DNA of 64,000 nt, from the NCBI GenBank assembly GCA_951406725.2, contig OX597839.1:37634001-37698000 (forward strand), written 5' to 3'. The notes beneath the pieces are model-generated. The model saw only the letters and a program-made list of their open reading frames with translations, made no database searches and had not been told where the DNA came from. Of this stretch, positions 13,865-27,240 are shown piece after piece. Position 1 is the first letter of the stretch. Every line of letters begins with the position of its first letter. The stretch is from Octopus vulgaris. Lineage: Eukaryota. The position numbers and the translations under genes were made by a program.

Positions 13865-13959
13865 GTAAGTCACAGCTTTATCTTTTACTCTTCCTCTCTC
13901 TCTCTCTTTCTCTCTCACACACACTCATACACACACTCACACACACATACACACTCACA

Positions 13960-13998
<39 letters not shown>

Positions 13999-14003
13999 AC
14001 ACT

Positions 14004-14034
<31 letters not shown>

Positions 14035-14097
14035 ACACACTCTCACACTCACACACTCACTCACACTCACACACTCACACACACACACACACACTCA

Positions 14098-14166
<69 letters not shown>

Positions 14167-14240
14167 ACACACTCATACACACTCACACACACACACACAT
14201 TCATCTCCTAATATAATTATTGTCGTTATATTTTCAACAG

Positions 14241-14361
14241 AAAATTTGCCCCTCGCTGTTGTGTGTGTCAACTGCCGATTATGCCCGACCCTGGCAAGGA
14301 GGAGACAGTGCGTGTGGTAGCTATGGACAGAAGCTTCCATGTGCACTGCTACTGCTGTGAG
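14241..14361 (+). CDS. LPP: LPP/zyxin-family LIM protein exon (LIM3)
   Basis: caacag| [40 protein letters not shown] |gtaagt; phase matches the previous exon. Confidence 0.95.
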
Positions 14362-14569
14362 GTAAGTTTCCCATAACGTTTCATTCTCATCTTTGTGACC
14401 TCTTGCCAAAATACTGAAGTCCAACCAAATTATTATTTTGTCCTGGCTATGATTTTAAACTGCATCTGGTAGCAGGACCCTAGTTGGGCAATCCCAGGGT
14501 ATGTGTGAAATCGGAATCGAAACTGAACCAATCCTATGACTGGCACCCGGCAGATGCCAGGACCCCTGG

Positions 14570-14958
14570 ACTGGAGATACGTAAAAAGCACTATCCAAAT
14601 CGTGGCCGATGCCAGCGCCGCCTCGACTGGCTTCCGTGTCGGTGGCACGTCAAAAGCACCATCCGAATCGTGGCCGAAGCCAGTGCCGCCTCGACTGGCT
14701 TCCGTGCAGGTGGCACGTAAAATGCACCAATCCAACCGTGGCCGATGCCAGCCTCGCCTGGCACCAGTGCAGGTGGCACGTAAAAAGCACCCACTACACT
14801 CACGGAGTGGTTGGTGTTAGGAAGGGCATCCAGCTGTAGAAACATTGCCAGATAAGACTGGAGCCTGGTGCAGCCTTCTGGCTTCCCAGATCCCCGGTCG
14901 AACTGTCCAACCCATGCTAGCATGGAGAATGGACGTTAAACGATGATGATGATGATGA
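14570..14958 (+). mobile_element. Family-D element
   Basis: Internal subrepeats of about 55 bp (ggtggcacgtaaaaagcacc) and a (GAT)n tail. Confidence 0.75.
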
Positions 14959-15144
14959 TCTCTTAACCTTTGTTGTTTCCTGGTCTACTCTAACGCAGAG
15001 TAGTAAGTATCACCTGTTATGGCAGCTGTGTTTTAATTAGCATGTCATGTAATTGCTTCTGAAAGAAGGTCACTTAGACACACTTATTGGGCCCAGGGCA
15101 GATGATACTCTTCAGCTCTTTAGCTGCTCATTTAAGGGAAGGTT

Positions 15145-15482
15145 GAAACCCCCTACGGTCATGACTGACCGTGGGATTGCACCTAGAAAGTTACCTTCCC
15201 AGGCACAAGTCCGGGCAAGGTTGTTTATGGAAGACCAGCAGTCACCCATGCATACTGGCCTCCCGTCTCCACGCCACCAGTGTTATCCAAGGGAAAGGCA
15301 AAGGGGCCGATACAGCTTGGCATCTGTGATGTTGCAACTCATTTCTACAGCTGAGTGAAGTGGAGCAGTGTGAAATAAAGTGTCTTGCTCAAGAACACAA
15401 CACGCAGCCCAGTCCGGGATTCGAACTCACAACCTCGCGATTGTAAGCTCGACGCTCTAACCACTGAGCCATGCGCCTTCAC
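15145..15482 (-). mobile_element. tRNA-derived SINE, family E
   Basis: Minus-strand head gtgaaggcgcatggctcagtggttagagcg...gagttcgaatccc; second copy at 58565-58918. Confidence 0.8.
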
Positions 15483-16594
15483 TTAGAGAAGGTAACTCCA
15501 TACAAAGCCTACATTTTGATAACTACTGGGATCATGGCACTTGATGCACCAGACCAACACAGTTTTGAAGGCCAAGGGAGTGAGACTAACTCTGCACAAA
15601 TGATACCCTCAGAAGCAATATTCATTGAACAGGTTGTTCAGAAAAGCAAGATACCAGCACCAAGACATCATTGCACTTCAAAAATCTAGTGGTAATACAG
15701 AAAAAGATGATGGGGTCAGGTAGTGAACCTGCATGTAGGTGACTGCAGGGTGATGGTCGTTTTTCTGTGTCCCCTTCCGAACTCACATTCATTGAAGCGA
15801 TAAGAAAGTCTGTTATTATTTATAATTATTTTTCCCACCTCTTATGTTGGGTGGTGGGTGTTAAGCATGGAGATGTGGCCAACAAGTTTACCTTACAACC
15901 TCAAGGTTCTGAGTTTGATCTGCCCCACACAGAATCTAGGGCGAGTGTTTTCTACCATAGGGGTTGGCCAGTGCCTTTGTCAGTGACATTAAGGGGACCA
16001 AATCTGCAAGGAAAGCCATTCAGAAAGTATGGTTACCTATTCTTGTGCCATTTGGTTTAACATTGAGTGATAGAGATTCGTAATGGAGCCCCTACAAAAG
16101 GTTTTAGGTCACCTTAATGTTGAGGAGTCACAGCTCAAGGATAAAAGTCAGTGACCATGATCTGTATTATATAAGAGTATGAGGGTATTATAGCTACTAC
16201 CAGTATTACATAAGGGTATTACAACCACAGCCTGTATTACATAAAGGAATAAATGTATTACATAAGGGGATTTCAGCCACTACCTGTATATGATAAGGGT
16301 ATTGCTGTCACAACCTGTATTACATAAGCGTATAAATGTACTACAGTCTCTACCTGTATTACATAAGAGTATTTCAGCCACTACCTGTATATGATAAGGG
16401 TAAAAGAGTTGATGGGGACCTAGAAAATATTTAAGTGTTTTGGGTGTATGACAATAATAAAATGCAGTGATTTAAAGAAACTAATCAGCAAGTCTTTAAT
16501 TAAAATTGAAATAAATTAAAAATATTTAAACCTAATTAAAAATATTAATCTATTTTTTGTCTCTTTTTTTTTTTTTTTCCTTCATCGTTTCAAG

Positions 16595-16726
16595 GATTGT
16601 GGTATGCTGTTATCATCAGAAGCTGAAGGACGAGGATGCTACCCTCTCGATGACCACATACTCTGTAAAATCTGCAATGCGAAGCGTATTCAGGCACTCA
16701 CCACCAAAATGACTACAGAACTGTAA
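16595..16726 (+). CDS. LPP: LPP/zyxin-family LIM protein, last coding exon
   Basis: Poly-T tract, caag| DCGMLLSSEAEGRGCYPLDDHILCKICNAKRIQALTTKMTTEL*. The C-terminus resembles LPP/TRIP6 (class I PDZ-binding end). Exact orthology among LPP/TRIP6/ZYX cannot be resolved here. Confidence 0.93.
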   Translation, partial: DCGMLLSSEAEGRGCYPLDDHILCKICNAKRIQALTTKMTTEL

Positions 16727-16870
16727 ACGTCAGCAGGGGGAATATTATGACATGCTCTTGGGTCAGAGACCCTGGCTTTTCTCTCTCTTGACAGAGCTAC
16801 ATGTTCCTGTTCTCACAGATTCATATAATACTCCTGTCTCACACAGCTACACATATATATGTGTGTGTGA

Positions 16871-16903
<33 letters not shown>

Positions 16904-17212
16904 CACACATACACATTCTCCTATTTGACAGATTCATTCATATACTCCAATCTAATATATATATATTTATTATTTATTATACTTATACAAGAAGACGGAT
17001 GGCTGACTTCAAAGTTTTTGACCTGCAACGCTACATTTGACTTTGAAATTTCAGTCTACTAGCCTTTGGCTGCCAGACCAAAACTTCAAGGTCACTGTCA
17101 CTTCTCTTGTGAAAGGATAATAAATATGTACTCTTCCAAAAAGTATTGAGTAATTCTTCAGTATGATGTCTAATTGTTTTTATTATAACTCAATATAAAA
17201 ACAAACCTTAAT

Positions 17213-17245
<33 letters not shown>

Positions 17246-17297
17246 TACACACTCCTGTTTGTCAGATTCATATACTCCTGTCTGATATATATATATA

Positions 17298-17702
17298 ATC
17301 AAAATAAGCAACAAGGATATCCAGAGGTAATGCAGTACGATCGTTTCATGCGACTCCATTTAATTGAACAATGCAATCATTACATAAATTTAAAATGTAG
17401 AGCAATCTTCAGCTGCACAAAAAACATAGAATTTAATTAAATTAGAACAGATGGACACATTAGTATAATTTTACCTAAAATCTTCAAGAGGATAAGGAGA
17501 CTATGATGTTGTTGGTAAAAGATGTTCTTTGTCTATCTCCTTAACTTCTTGGAGATTTTAGGTAAAATTATACTAATGTGTCCATCTGTTCTAATTTAAT
17601 TAAATTATATGTCTATGTGCAGCTGAAGATTGCTCTACATTTTAAATTTATGTAATGAAATGATTGCATGAAACGATCTGGATATCTTTGTTGCTTATTT
17701 TG
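17298..17702. repeat. Long inverted repeat (foldback) downstream of the LPP stop
   Basis: Arms of about 170-200 bp, e.g. tacataaatttaaaatgtagagcaatcttcagctgcac / gtgcagctgaagattgctctacattttaaatttatgta; loop about 35 nt. Confidence 0.88.
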
Positions 17703-17766
17703 AAATTGTATGGATAATACCGTACTAAATTCTGGTGCCTCCACTTAGGTACCATACTCATCTGAA

Positions 17767-17822
<56 letters not shown>

Positions 17823-18503
17823 TATATATTTACTGCTATACAGATTGTTCATCTCTATTATGCACACAGTTCATACTTCCCTCTGACGATCCAACCCTGC
17901 CCACTCCACACATACATTGAAACATTTTTTTTGTCTTGTTTTTCTAGATTTTTTTTATTTTTTGTTACCCAAATACCAAACCTGCTGATGCCCATCAAAT
18001 ATCTGTGTATGTGTGTGTTTATCTATTTTTCCTTCTACATACCATCAAGGCAGTGCTCCAGCATGGCTGTAGTCAAATGACTGAAACAAGTAAAAGTTAA
18101 AAGATACTTCTAACGATTAAGTATCCATCTCTGTGAATATCTACATCTTTGTCTACCAGCCTCTCTATCTATTAATCTCTCTTCCCAGTTATCTGCCTGT
18201 TTGTTTCTATCTCTCTGACTATTTATTAAGTCTATCTCTCTGTCTATTTGTCTGTGTAGCTATCTGTCTATCTCTATATCTGTTCTGTATATCTATCTAT
18301 TTGTCTATCTGTCTATCTATCTACCTATCTCTCTGTCTACCTGTCTGTCGGTCTATCTATGTCTATCTATCTATCTGTCTATTTATCTGTCTTTTTCTAT
18401 TTATCTGTCTGCCTGTCTATCTATCTATGTCTGTCTGTCTATCTATGTCTGTCTATTTATCTGTCTATCTGTCAGTCTTTATCTATCTGTCAGTCTTTAT
18501 CTA

Positions 18504-18552
<49 letters not shown>

Positions 18553-20919
18553 TTATCTATCTATATATCTGTCTGTCTGTCAGTCAGTCAGTCAGTCAGT
18601 CTATCTCTCTGTCTGTCTGTGTGTCCACCTATTGATCTGCTGGTCTGTCTGTCCATCTATCTTTCTCTCTGTTTGTTAATCATTCTGTGTGTCTGTTTGT
18701 TTGTCTCAACACTTTCTGGCAAATTCTTGGAACCAAGTCAAAGAATCTCTCTAGTTTAATGCATACACACAGACACACATTTCCTTTATGTGTTCCAGAT
18801 GAAAGGCTGCGACCAAACTGGAGCACACATAAATTATTGTCGTATATTTTCCATAATTTCTGTAATGTCTGTTGGTTCTTGTCAATCACCCAGAATTTGT
18901 TTAGAGACATCGACAGAGACAGAAGTGTTTTGGCATTATATAAAACTGTGGTAATTAATTAGATAATCTGACAAAATTCCTTGCAGTATTTCATTGTATC
19001 CTTTTACATTCTGAGTTCAAACCCCACCAAAGTCAACCTTGCCTTTCATCATTCTGGTGGGAGCAGTTGATTGATAATAGTTGACATTACCCTTCTCCCC
19101 AACCCCCAAATTTGTGATCTGGTGCCTCTTTTAGTCATAATGTTTAACTGATCCTTGTTTTAGTATAGTAGTGTTTATCTAAAACATTAACTACAATAAC
19201 CACTATTGAAACAGGTGTAGAGAAGCTTTTGACATCGTTATGAAGGCAGTGAGCTGGAAGAATTTTTAGAGCATTGAAAAAACAGAAAAGCAAAAAAAAA
19301 AAATGCCTTGTGGTATTCTGGCTCATTTTTACATTCTGAGGTTGAGAAAAAATAATGTACCAATCAATAAATGTGATCAATAGTGTTGATTACTCCCTCC
19401 CGTCAAAATTGCTGCCCTTTTATTTAAATTCGAAATCATTATTATTTTGGCAGCAAGTTGGAAGAACTGACACAGCATTGGAAAAAAATGACTTTTGGTA
19501 TTTCTCTTGGTTCTTTATGCTCTGAGTTCAAATTCCACTCAAGTCAACTTGACCTTTTAACCTCTTATGGTTGATATAAAAAAAAAGGACCAGTCAAGTA
19601 CTGGAGTTGATTGTATTAACTTATTCCCCAACCTCCCTTAAAATTGCTGGCCTTGTGCCTAAATTAGATGTTGTTGTTGTTGGGGGGCAGTCCCTGTGGT
19701 GTGGAGGTGGTGAGTGCTTGGCAAATCTGAATTTTGAGATTTGGGTTCAATTCTTAATTGGAACCGCTTCACTTCCATCTGACATCTGTAATGTTCTTTG
19801 TTTTTTGAAAGAAAAAAAAAGAAAAAGAAAAAGCATGAATCTTAATTTACAACATCCTATGAATCTCTCTCACACACATATTGACAATAACAGAAATTAT
19901 TATTATTATTATTATTATTTCTATAATTATCATATATTAATATAATAAACCATATTATTAATTATACATTGTTTGCTGTTATCATTTGGGAAATGCATGA
20001 ATATCACACAATCTTGTTTCTTTTCTCCATATGTGTCCCTGTGTATATGTGAGCGTACGTATATGTGTAATTGTATGCAATATATATAATGCCCCCTCTA
20101 ACCTAGCAATTGTCTTTGATCTGTAACTACTGGGTCACAACTGAGTTGGGTGGGGTTAAACAATATACATACACACAGACAGACATACATTCACTCACCC
20201 ACTCATAAACACAAACAAACACACACAAGATAATACAAGAAATCAATTTGAACAACTTTGCTTTATTTCTTGTTGAACATCCTGAAGAGAATAACTCCTG
20301 AGTAGGAGGAGAAAGAGGAAGAAACAGATGGTGGTGGGAGTAAAATGACCAACCTTGTTTTAATTTCAGAGTTAGAAGATATTGCAATTCTAGATATGCT
20401 ATATTATGTGTCCTTCCTGTTTATAGATGGTCAGGTGTAATTTGAAGAAGGTTTGGTAGCTATTTCTAGCAGTTACAGCAAACTTATAGTTGAGAAGCTT
20501 CCTTGGTGATGATCATGATGAGGATGGTGGTGGTGGGGAGAGAGATCATGCCACTGAGAAATCAAGCATGTATGTATGTATGTATGTATGTATGTATGTG
20601 TGTATTCTTTGTTGGTTTACAATGCTACCAATGGTTTCATGCGGAAGAATTCTGCAATTATCAATTGTTTCATGTAAGAATGAAACTGTTGATAGCATTG
20701 TTAATGAAGAATATTTTTAGCCACCTAACGTGGTTTTGAGCACTCAGTCTCACTGTTTGTTACTATTGTTGTTGTTGGTGTTGTATGTGTGTGTGTGTGT
20801 GTGTGCATACTTCTTATAAAAGGGAAGGTGTTGTTTAGGCACTTGTAGTTGCTGTAAAGTAGTCTTCCTCGAACTAAAGATGTGTAGAGTGTAAAAGGTA
20901 GGAGATGATCGTTGGAGGG

Positions 20920-22285
20920 GAGGAAGAGGTGATGGAAGGGAGAGAGAAGTCATTCTTAGAATAGAAGAGAGGGGGAGGAAGAGGTGATGATAGTGAGAGA
21001 GAAGTTATCCTTAGAATAGAGTAGGGGGGAAGGAAGAGGTGATAGTAGTGACAGAAGTCATCCTTAGAATAGAAGAGAGGGGGAGGAAGAGGTGATGATA
21101 GTGAGAGAGAAGTTATCCTTAGAATAGAGGAGAGGGGAAGGAAGAGGTGATAGTAGTGAGAGAGAAGTCATCCTTAGAATAGAAGAGAGGGGGAGGAAGA
21201 GGTGATGATAGTGAGAGAGAAGTCATCCTTAGAATAGAAGAGAAGGGGGGGAAGAGGTGATAGTAGTGAGAGAAGTCATCCTTAGAATAGAAGAGAGGGG
21301 GAGGAAGAGGTGATGATAGTGAGAGAGAAGTTATCCTTAGAATAGAGGAGAGGGGAAGGAAGAGGTGATAGTGAGAGAGAAGTTATCCTTAAAATAGAGT
21401 AGAGGGGAAGGAAGAGGTGATAGTAGTGAGAGAGAAGTCATTCTTAGAATAGAAGAGAGGGGGAGGAAGAGGTGATGATAGTGAGAGAGAAGTTATCCTT
21501 AGAATAGAGGAGAGGGGAAGGAAGAGGTGATAGTAGTGAGAGAGAAGTCATCCTTAGAATAGAAGAGAGGGGGAGGAAGAGGTGATGATAGTGAGAGAGA
21601 AGTTATCCTTAAAATAGAGGAGAGGGGAAGGAAGAGGTGATAGTAGTGAGAGAGAAGTCATCCTTAGAATAGAAGAGAGGGGGAGGAAGAGGTGATGATA
21701 GTGAGAGAGAAGTTATCCTTAGAATAGAGGAGAGGGGAAGGAAGAGGTGATAGTAGTGAGAGAGAAGTCATCCTTAGAATAGAAGAGAGGGGGAGGAAGA
21801 GGTGATGATAGTGAGAGAGAAGTTATCCTTAAAATAGAGGAGAGGGGAAGGAAGAGGTGATAGTAGTGAGAGAGAAGTCATCCTTATAATAGAAGAGAGG
21901 GGGAGGAAGAGGTGATGATAGTGAGAGAGAAGTCATTCTTAGAATAGAAGAGAGGGGAGGAAGAGGTGATGATAGTGAGAGAGAAGTTATCCTTAAAATA
22001 GAGGAGAGGGGAAGGAAGAGGTGATAGTAGTGAGAGAGAAGTCATCCTTAGAATAGAAGAGAGGGGGGAGGAAGAGGTGATGATAGTAAGAGAGAAGTTA
22101 TCCTTAAAATAGAGGAGAGGGGAAGGAAGAGGTGATAGTAGTGAGAGGGAAGTCATCCTTAGAAAAGAAGAGAGGGGGAGGAAGAGGTGATGATAGTGAG
22201 AGAGAAGTTATCCTTAAAATAGAGGAGAGGGGAAGGAAGAGGTGATAGTAGTGAGAGAGAAGTCATCCTTATAATAGAAGAGAGG
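20920..22285. repeat. Purine-rich minisatellite, 55-bp monomer with 110-bp dimer period
   Basis: agagaagtcat(c/t)ctta recurs at 21431, 21541, 21651, 21761 and 21871; two monomer types alternate. Confidence 0.95.
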
Positions 22286-22380
22286 CAGAGGTATGGTGGC
22301 AGGAGTGAGGGTAGGAGTCATATTTAACTAAATAGTTTGTAAAATGGAGGGGCAGTGTAGGAGGCGGTGGTGGTGAGAGG

Positions 22381-22611
22381 TCACGCAACAGTGAGGTCAT
22401 CATTGAAATACAGGTGTATAGTCTGCAGGTACGTATTATCGTCCATCCTCAGTTGGTAGAATTCCTCGTCAAAGTCTTTGATGCCGTTCTCTTCCAGGGT
22501 TTTCACCATATCCAAGTTTTTGCCCTGGTACTTCCACGTGTAACTGGCAGCATGGGCATTGTAGGGCAAGTAGCGCTCGAGTATGTCTTGAATCTGTTCC
22601 TCGGAGCAAAC
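22381..22611 (-). CDS. CYB5D1: Cytochrome b5 domain-containing protein 1, exon 4 (last)
   Basis: ttccgtag| [76 protein letters not shown]. Contains the CYB5D1 motifs [16 protein letters not shown] and LYFNDDLT. Confidence 0.95.
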   Translation of the reverse strand, partial: VCSEEQIQDILERYLPYNAHAASYTWKYQGKNLDMVKTLEENGIKDFDEEFYQLRMDDNTYLQTIHLYFNDDLTVA

Positions 22612-22706
22612 CTACGGAAAAAAAAAAAACACAATCCCCATACAGGTATCACAAAAATAAATTTTCTTAATTGATTAATAAAAAAAAAAAAAAAAATCAA
22701 TGGTGC

Positions 22707-23930
22707 AGGAGTGGTTGTGTGGTAAGTAGCTTGTTTACCAACCACATGGTTCCGGGTTCAGTCCCACTGTGTGGCACCTTGGGCAAGTGTCTTCTACTAT
22801 AGCCTCGGGCCGACCAAAGCCTTGTGAGTGGATTTGGTAGACGGAAACTGAAAGAAGCCCTTTATATATATGTAAGAGTGGCTGTGTGGTAAGTAGCTTG
22901 TTTACCAACCACATGGTTCCGGGTTCAGTCCCACTGTGTGGCACCTTGGGCAAGTGTCTTCTACTATAGCCTCGGGCCGACCAAAGCCTTGTGAGTGGAT
23001 TTGGTAGACGGAAACTGAAAGAAGCCCTTTATATATATGTAAGAGTGGCTGTGTGGTAAGTAGCTTGTTTACCAACCACATGGTTCCGGGTTCAGTCCCA
23101 CTGTGTGGCACCTTGGGCAAGTGTCTTCTACTATAGCCTCGGGCCGACCAAAGCCTTGTGAGTGGATTTGGTAGACGGAAACTGAAAGAAGCCCTTTATA
23201 TATATGTAGGAGTGGCTGTGTGGTAAGTAGCTTGTTTACCAACCACATGGTTCCGGGTTCAGTCCCACTGTGTGGCACCTTGGGCAAGTGTCTTCTACTA
23301 TAGCCTCGGGCCGACCAAAGCCTTGTGAGTGGATTTGGTAGACGGAAACTGAAAGAAGCCCTTTATAAATATGTAGGAGTGGCTGTGTGGTAAGTAGCTT
23401 GTTTACCAACCACATGGTTCCGGGTTCAGTCCCACTGCGTGGCACCTTGGGCAAGTATCTTCTACTATAGCCTCGGGCTGACCAAAGCCTTGTGAGTGGA
23501 TTTGGTAGACGGAAACTGAAAGAAGCCCTTTATAAATATGTAGGAGTGGCTGTGTGGTAAGTAGCTTGTTTACCAACCACATGGTTCCGGGTTCAGTCCC
23601 ACTGCATGGCACCTTGGGCAAGTGTCTTCTGCTATAGCCTCGGGCCGACCAAAGCCTTGTGAGTGGATTTGGTAGACAGAAACTGAAAGAATCCCGTCGT
23701 ATATATGTATATATATATATATATGCATTTATGTGTCTGTGTTTGTCCCCCTAGCATTGCTTGACAACCGATGCTGGTGTGTTTATGTCCCCGTTACTTA
23801 GCGGTTCGGCAAAAGAGACCGATAGAATAAGTACTGGGCTTACAAAAGAATAAGTCCCAGGGTCGAGTTGCTCGATTAAAGGCAGTGCTCCAGCATGGCT
23901 GCAGTCAAATGACTGAAACAAGTAAAAGAG
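22707..23930 (+). mobile_element. Tandem array of family-A SINE 5' halves (167-bp period) ending in one complete SINE
   Basis: Near-identical ORF-track entries spaced 167 bp apart (22735, 22902, 23069, 23236, 23403); six heads in total. Confidence 0.92.
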
Positions 23931-24116
23931 TGAGAGGGCTGTGCGATTAGAAAGCTTGCCTTGCAACTACATGGTTTCAGGTTCAATCCCAACGCACAGC
24001 ACAGCACTTTGAGCAAGTGCCTTCTATTATAAAACCTGAGCCAACCAATTCCTTGTGATTGAATTTGGCTGGCAGAAACTGTGTGGAAGCCCACTGTGCA
24101 CACACACACACACACG

Positions 24117-24158
<42 letters not shown>

Positions 24159-24688
24159 GCATCCAGTCCACTCTGAAGAGCGGTTGGTGTTAGGAAGGAC
24201 ATCTAGCCGTAAAAACCCTGCCAAAAACAGACACAGTAGCCTGGGGTGGCCTTCTACCTGGCTGGCTCCTGTCAACCATCCTGCCCATGCATGCATGCAA
24301 GATGGTCGTTTGATGATGATGATGATGTCGATATATATGCAAGGTGGACCAAAAAGTCATGCACCAAAGCATTTAACATCATCATCATCATCGTTTAACG
24401 TCCGTTCTCCATGCTAGCATGGGTTGGACGGTTCGACCGGGGATCTGGGAAGCCAGAAGGCTGCACCAGGCTCCGGTCTTATCTGGCAATGTTTCTACAG
24501 CTGGATGCCCTTCCTAACGCCAACCACTCCGTGAGTGTAGTGGCTGGCATCGGCCACGGTCGGATTGGTGCATTTTACGTGCCACCGTCACGGAAGCCAG
24601 TCGAGGCGGCACTGGCTTCGGCCACGATTCGGATGGTGCTTTTTACATGCCACCGACATGGAAGCCATTTTTTAGAATTCATACTATG

Positions 24689-24722
<34 letters not shown>

Positions 24723-24727
24723 GGAAA

Positions 24728-25340
24728 GGCGGCGAGCTGGCAGAAACGTTAGCACGCTGGGCGAAATGCTTTGCGGTATTTCGTCTGCGTTACGTTGTGA
24801 GTTCAAATTCCACCGAGGTCAACTTTGCCTTTCATCCTTTCTGGGTCGATAAATTAAGTACCAGTTACGCACTGGGGTCGATGTAATCGACTTAATACCT
24901 ATGTCTGTCCTTGTTTGTCCCCTCTGTGTTTAGCCCCTTGTGGGTAATAAAGAAATAGGTATTTCTTGTCTTTATGTTCTGAGTTCAAATTCCGCCGAGG
25001 TCAAATTTGCCTTTCATCCTTTCGGGGGTCGATAAACTAAGTACCAGTTGCATACTGGGGATCGATCTAATCGACTGGCCCCATCCCCCCAAATTTTGGG
25101 CCTTGTGCCTAGAGTAGAAAAGAACCGTTAGCACGCTGGGTGAAATGCTTAGTAGCCTTTTAGCCATCTTTACATTCTGAGTTCAAATTCTGCTGAGGTC
25201 AACTTTGCCTTTCATCCATTTGGGGTCGATTAAATAAGTACCAGTTACGCACTGGGGTCGATGTAATCGATTTAATCCCTTTGTCTGTCCTTGTTTGTTC
25301 CCTCTATGTTCAGCCCCTTGTGGGCAATAAAGAAATAATA
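24728..25340 (+). mobile_element. Cluster of family-B SINE copies
   Basis: Three successive gagttcaaatt...actttgcctttcatcc cores. Confidence 0.8.
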
Positions 25341-25597
25341 ATTATTATTATTATGGTGGTGAGCTGGCAGAATCAGTAGCAAGCTGGGTGGTATGCTCCG
25401 TGGCATTTCGTCTGTCTCTACGTTCTGAGTTCAAACCTCACTGGGTTCCACTTTGCCTTTTATCCTTTTGGGTATCAATAAAATAAGTACCAGTTGAACA
25501 CTGGGATCGATTTAATTGACTTAGCCCCCTTACCCCTCCCCCCCAAAAGGTCCTGACCTCGTGTCAAAATTTGAAATCGTTATCATGTATGACTTAC

Positions 25598-25816
25598 CTC
25601 AATTATTTGTTCCTGTGATGTTAACGAGTTTACAATGTTGATACGGCAAGTCTTTTGGGAGAGGAAGCCAACCTGGAAATTCTCATTCTTCCACCAGGGG
25701 CAACCAAAGTCATTTGCCCAGCTGGAGTCTGGGTAAGGTGGCGGGATGTGAAGAAAGCGACCGTTTGGACAATAAGGAATGAGGCAGTGAGTTTCAGGAT
25801 CAACGTATCTGCGGAC
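25598..25816 (-). CDS. CYB5D1: CYB5D1 exon 3
   Basis: ctttcag| VRRYVDPETHCLIPYCPNGRFLHIPPPYPDSSWANDFGCPWWKNENFQVGFLSQKTCRINIVNSLTSQEQIIE |gtaagt; 219 nt. Confidence 0.95.
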
Positions 25817-26423
25817 CTGAAAGGGTTATTAAAAAAAGTTTCATTTGTCTATACATGCATATGTATGTATGTGTAATACAGTTCTGTATTTAAGAGATGA
25901 GGAATTATGTACATTATTTACATTATTTACATTTGATGTCTATTTGTCCTCATCTTGTTTGTTGTTAACACAACGTTTCGGCTGATATACCGTCCAGCCT
26001 TCATCAGGAGTCTTGGGGAAATTTCGAACCTGGGATACAAGTGCGATAAGGTGTTTAAAAATACAGAAAATTCGGGGGATATATGAAAAATAAAATACTA
26101 AATACGACATTTAGAAAATACAGTGATATGAATTGAAATAAAAAGGTACAACATTGATTTCTTAGACACTTTTGGTCTGGGACCACTTCCAAATTTAACC
26201 CTTTAGCATTTAAACCGGCCATATCCGGCCAAAAGTATTCTGCCTGTTTTATGTTCAAACTGGCTAGATCTGGTCTCTCACACCAACCCCACAATATCAT
26301 TTTAAAAATTAACAGCTACCTCATTAAAATCTCATAGCTACAAGATAATGCATGATTAGTTCAAAACAATGTGGATAAAAAATGATTAATTTTGGCAGAA
26401 TAATGCGAACACTAAAGGGTTAA

Positions 26424-26785
26424 AATAATATAATAATAATGAAATTATTGTATACAGTGCTCAGGTGCACCACAACTTGTCAGAATATATGCAGTAATGT
26501 ACAAATGTATGGAAAGCAAACAATGCATGAGTCAGATACATGCTTGTGTGTGTATGGAGGGGAAGAGAAAATCAGGTGTAGTGTTGGCGAATCTCAGGAA
26601 GCATGGAAGTTTTGAAGGATGCAGTGCTCCAACAACTAACAACTGATGCCGGCAGTTTGTTCCATGCTTCAGCAACTCTCAGCGTGAAAAAAATGTTTCC
26701 TGAAGTCATGGGAGCTGTGCTGTTTTCTGACTTTGTAAATATGTCCACGGGTGTTAGACGGGTGGAGTTTGAAAAGGTGCACTGG
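26424..26785 (-). mobile_element. CR1-like LINE 3' end
   Basis: Minus strand: FKLHPSNTRGHIYKVRKQHSSHDFRKHFF, then (frameshift) LRVAEAWNKLPASVVSC; (ATT)n tail. Confidence 0.7.
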
Positions 26786-26789
26786 TTTA

Positions 26790-27130
26790 CAATAATGTGC
26801 AGGTACCGGTATTCGGTATTTCCTAGCTATCGCCTGAATTGGCAGGGACAGGTCCTCCGTTTCCAACTAGATCATCCTACCAAGGCTTTACTGCCATTTG
26901 GTACAGCAGCCGTGGCCAGGAAAAGTCCTTGGTCCCACACAAGATGGCTGGATGTGATTAAAGAAGATCTCCAGAGGCTGTATGTCATCTTGGCGGATGC
27001 AGAGAGGCTGGCACAGGACTGTCAGTGATGTAGGGCAGCGGTGGGACTTGGTTGGCTCTATGCATGGTGATGTCTCTGGGACCACTAAACTGGGATGACC
27101 CCCGGCCCCATCAAAGCAAGGGCATTGAAG
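26790..27130 (+). mobile_element. RTE-type LINE 3' fragment
   Basis: HPTKALL...TRWLDVIKEDLQRLYVILADAERLAQD resembles the RTE ORF C-terminus. Confidence 0.6.
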
Positions 27131-27240
27131 TAAGCAGTGTTTGTTTAATTTAGAATATGTTAGTCAAGGTTTGGAAAAAAAAGTAATTATCTAGAAATGC
27201 TTTGGAACCAAAGATTCTGGACTAGCAATGTTATATCTAT

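Noticed and set aside
22735-23621. Five near-identical 72-aa ORFs suggesting a small gene family
   Set aside because: Antisense translations of tandem SINE heads.
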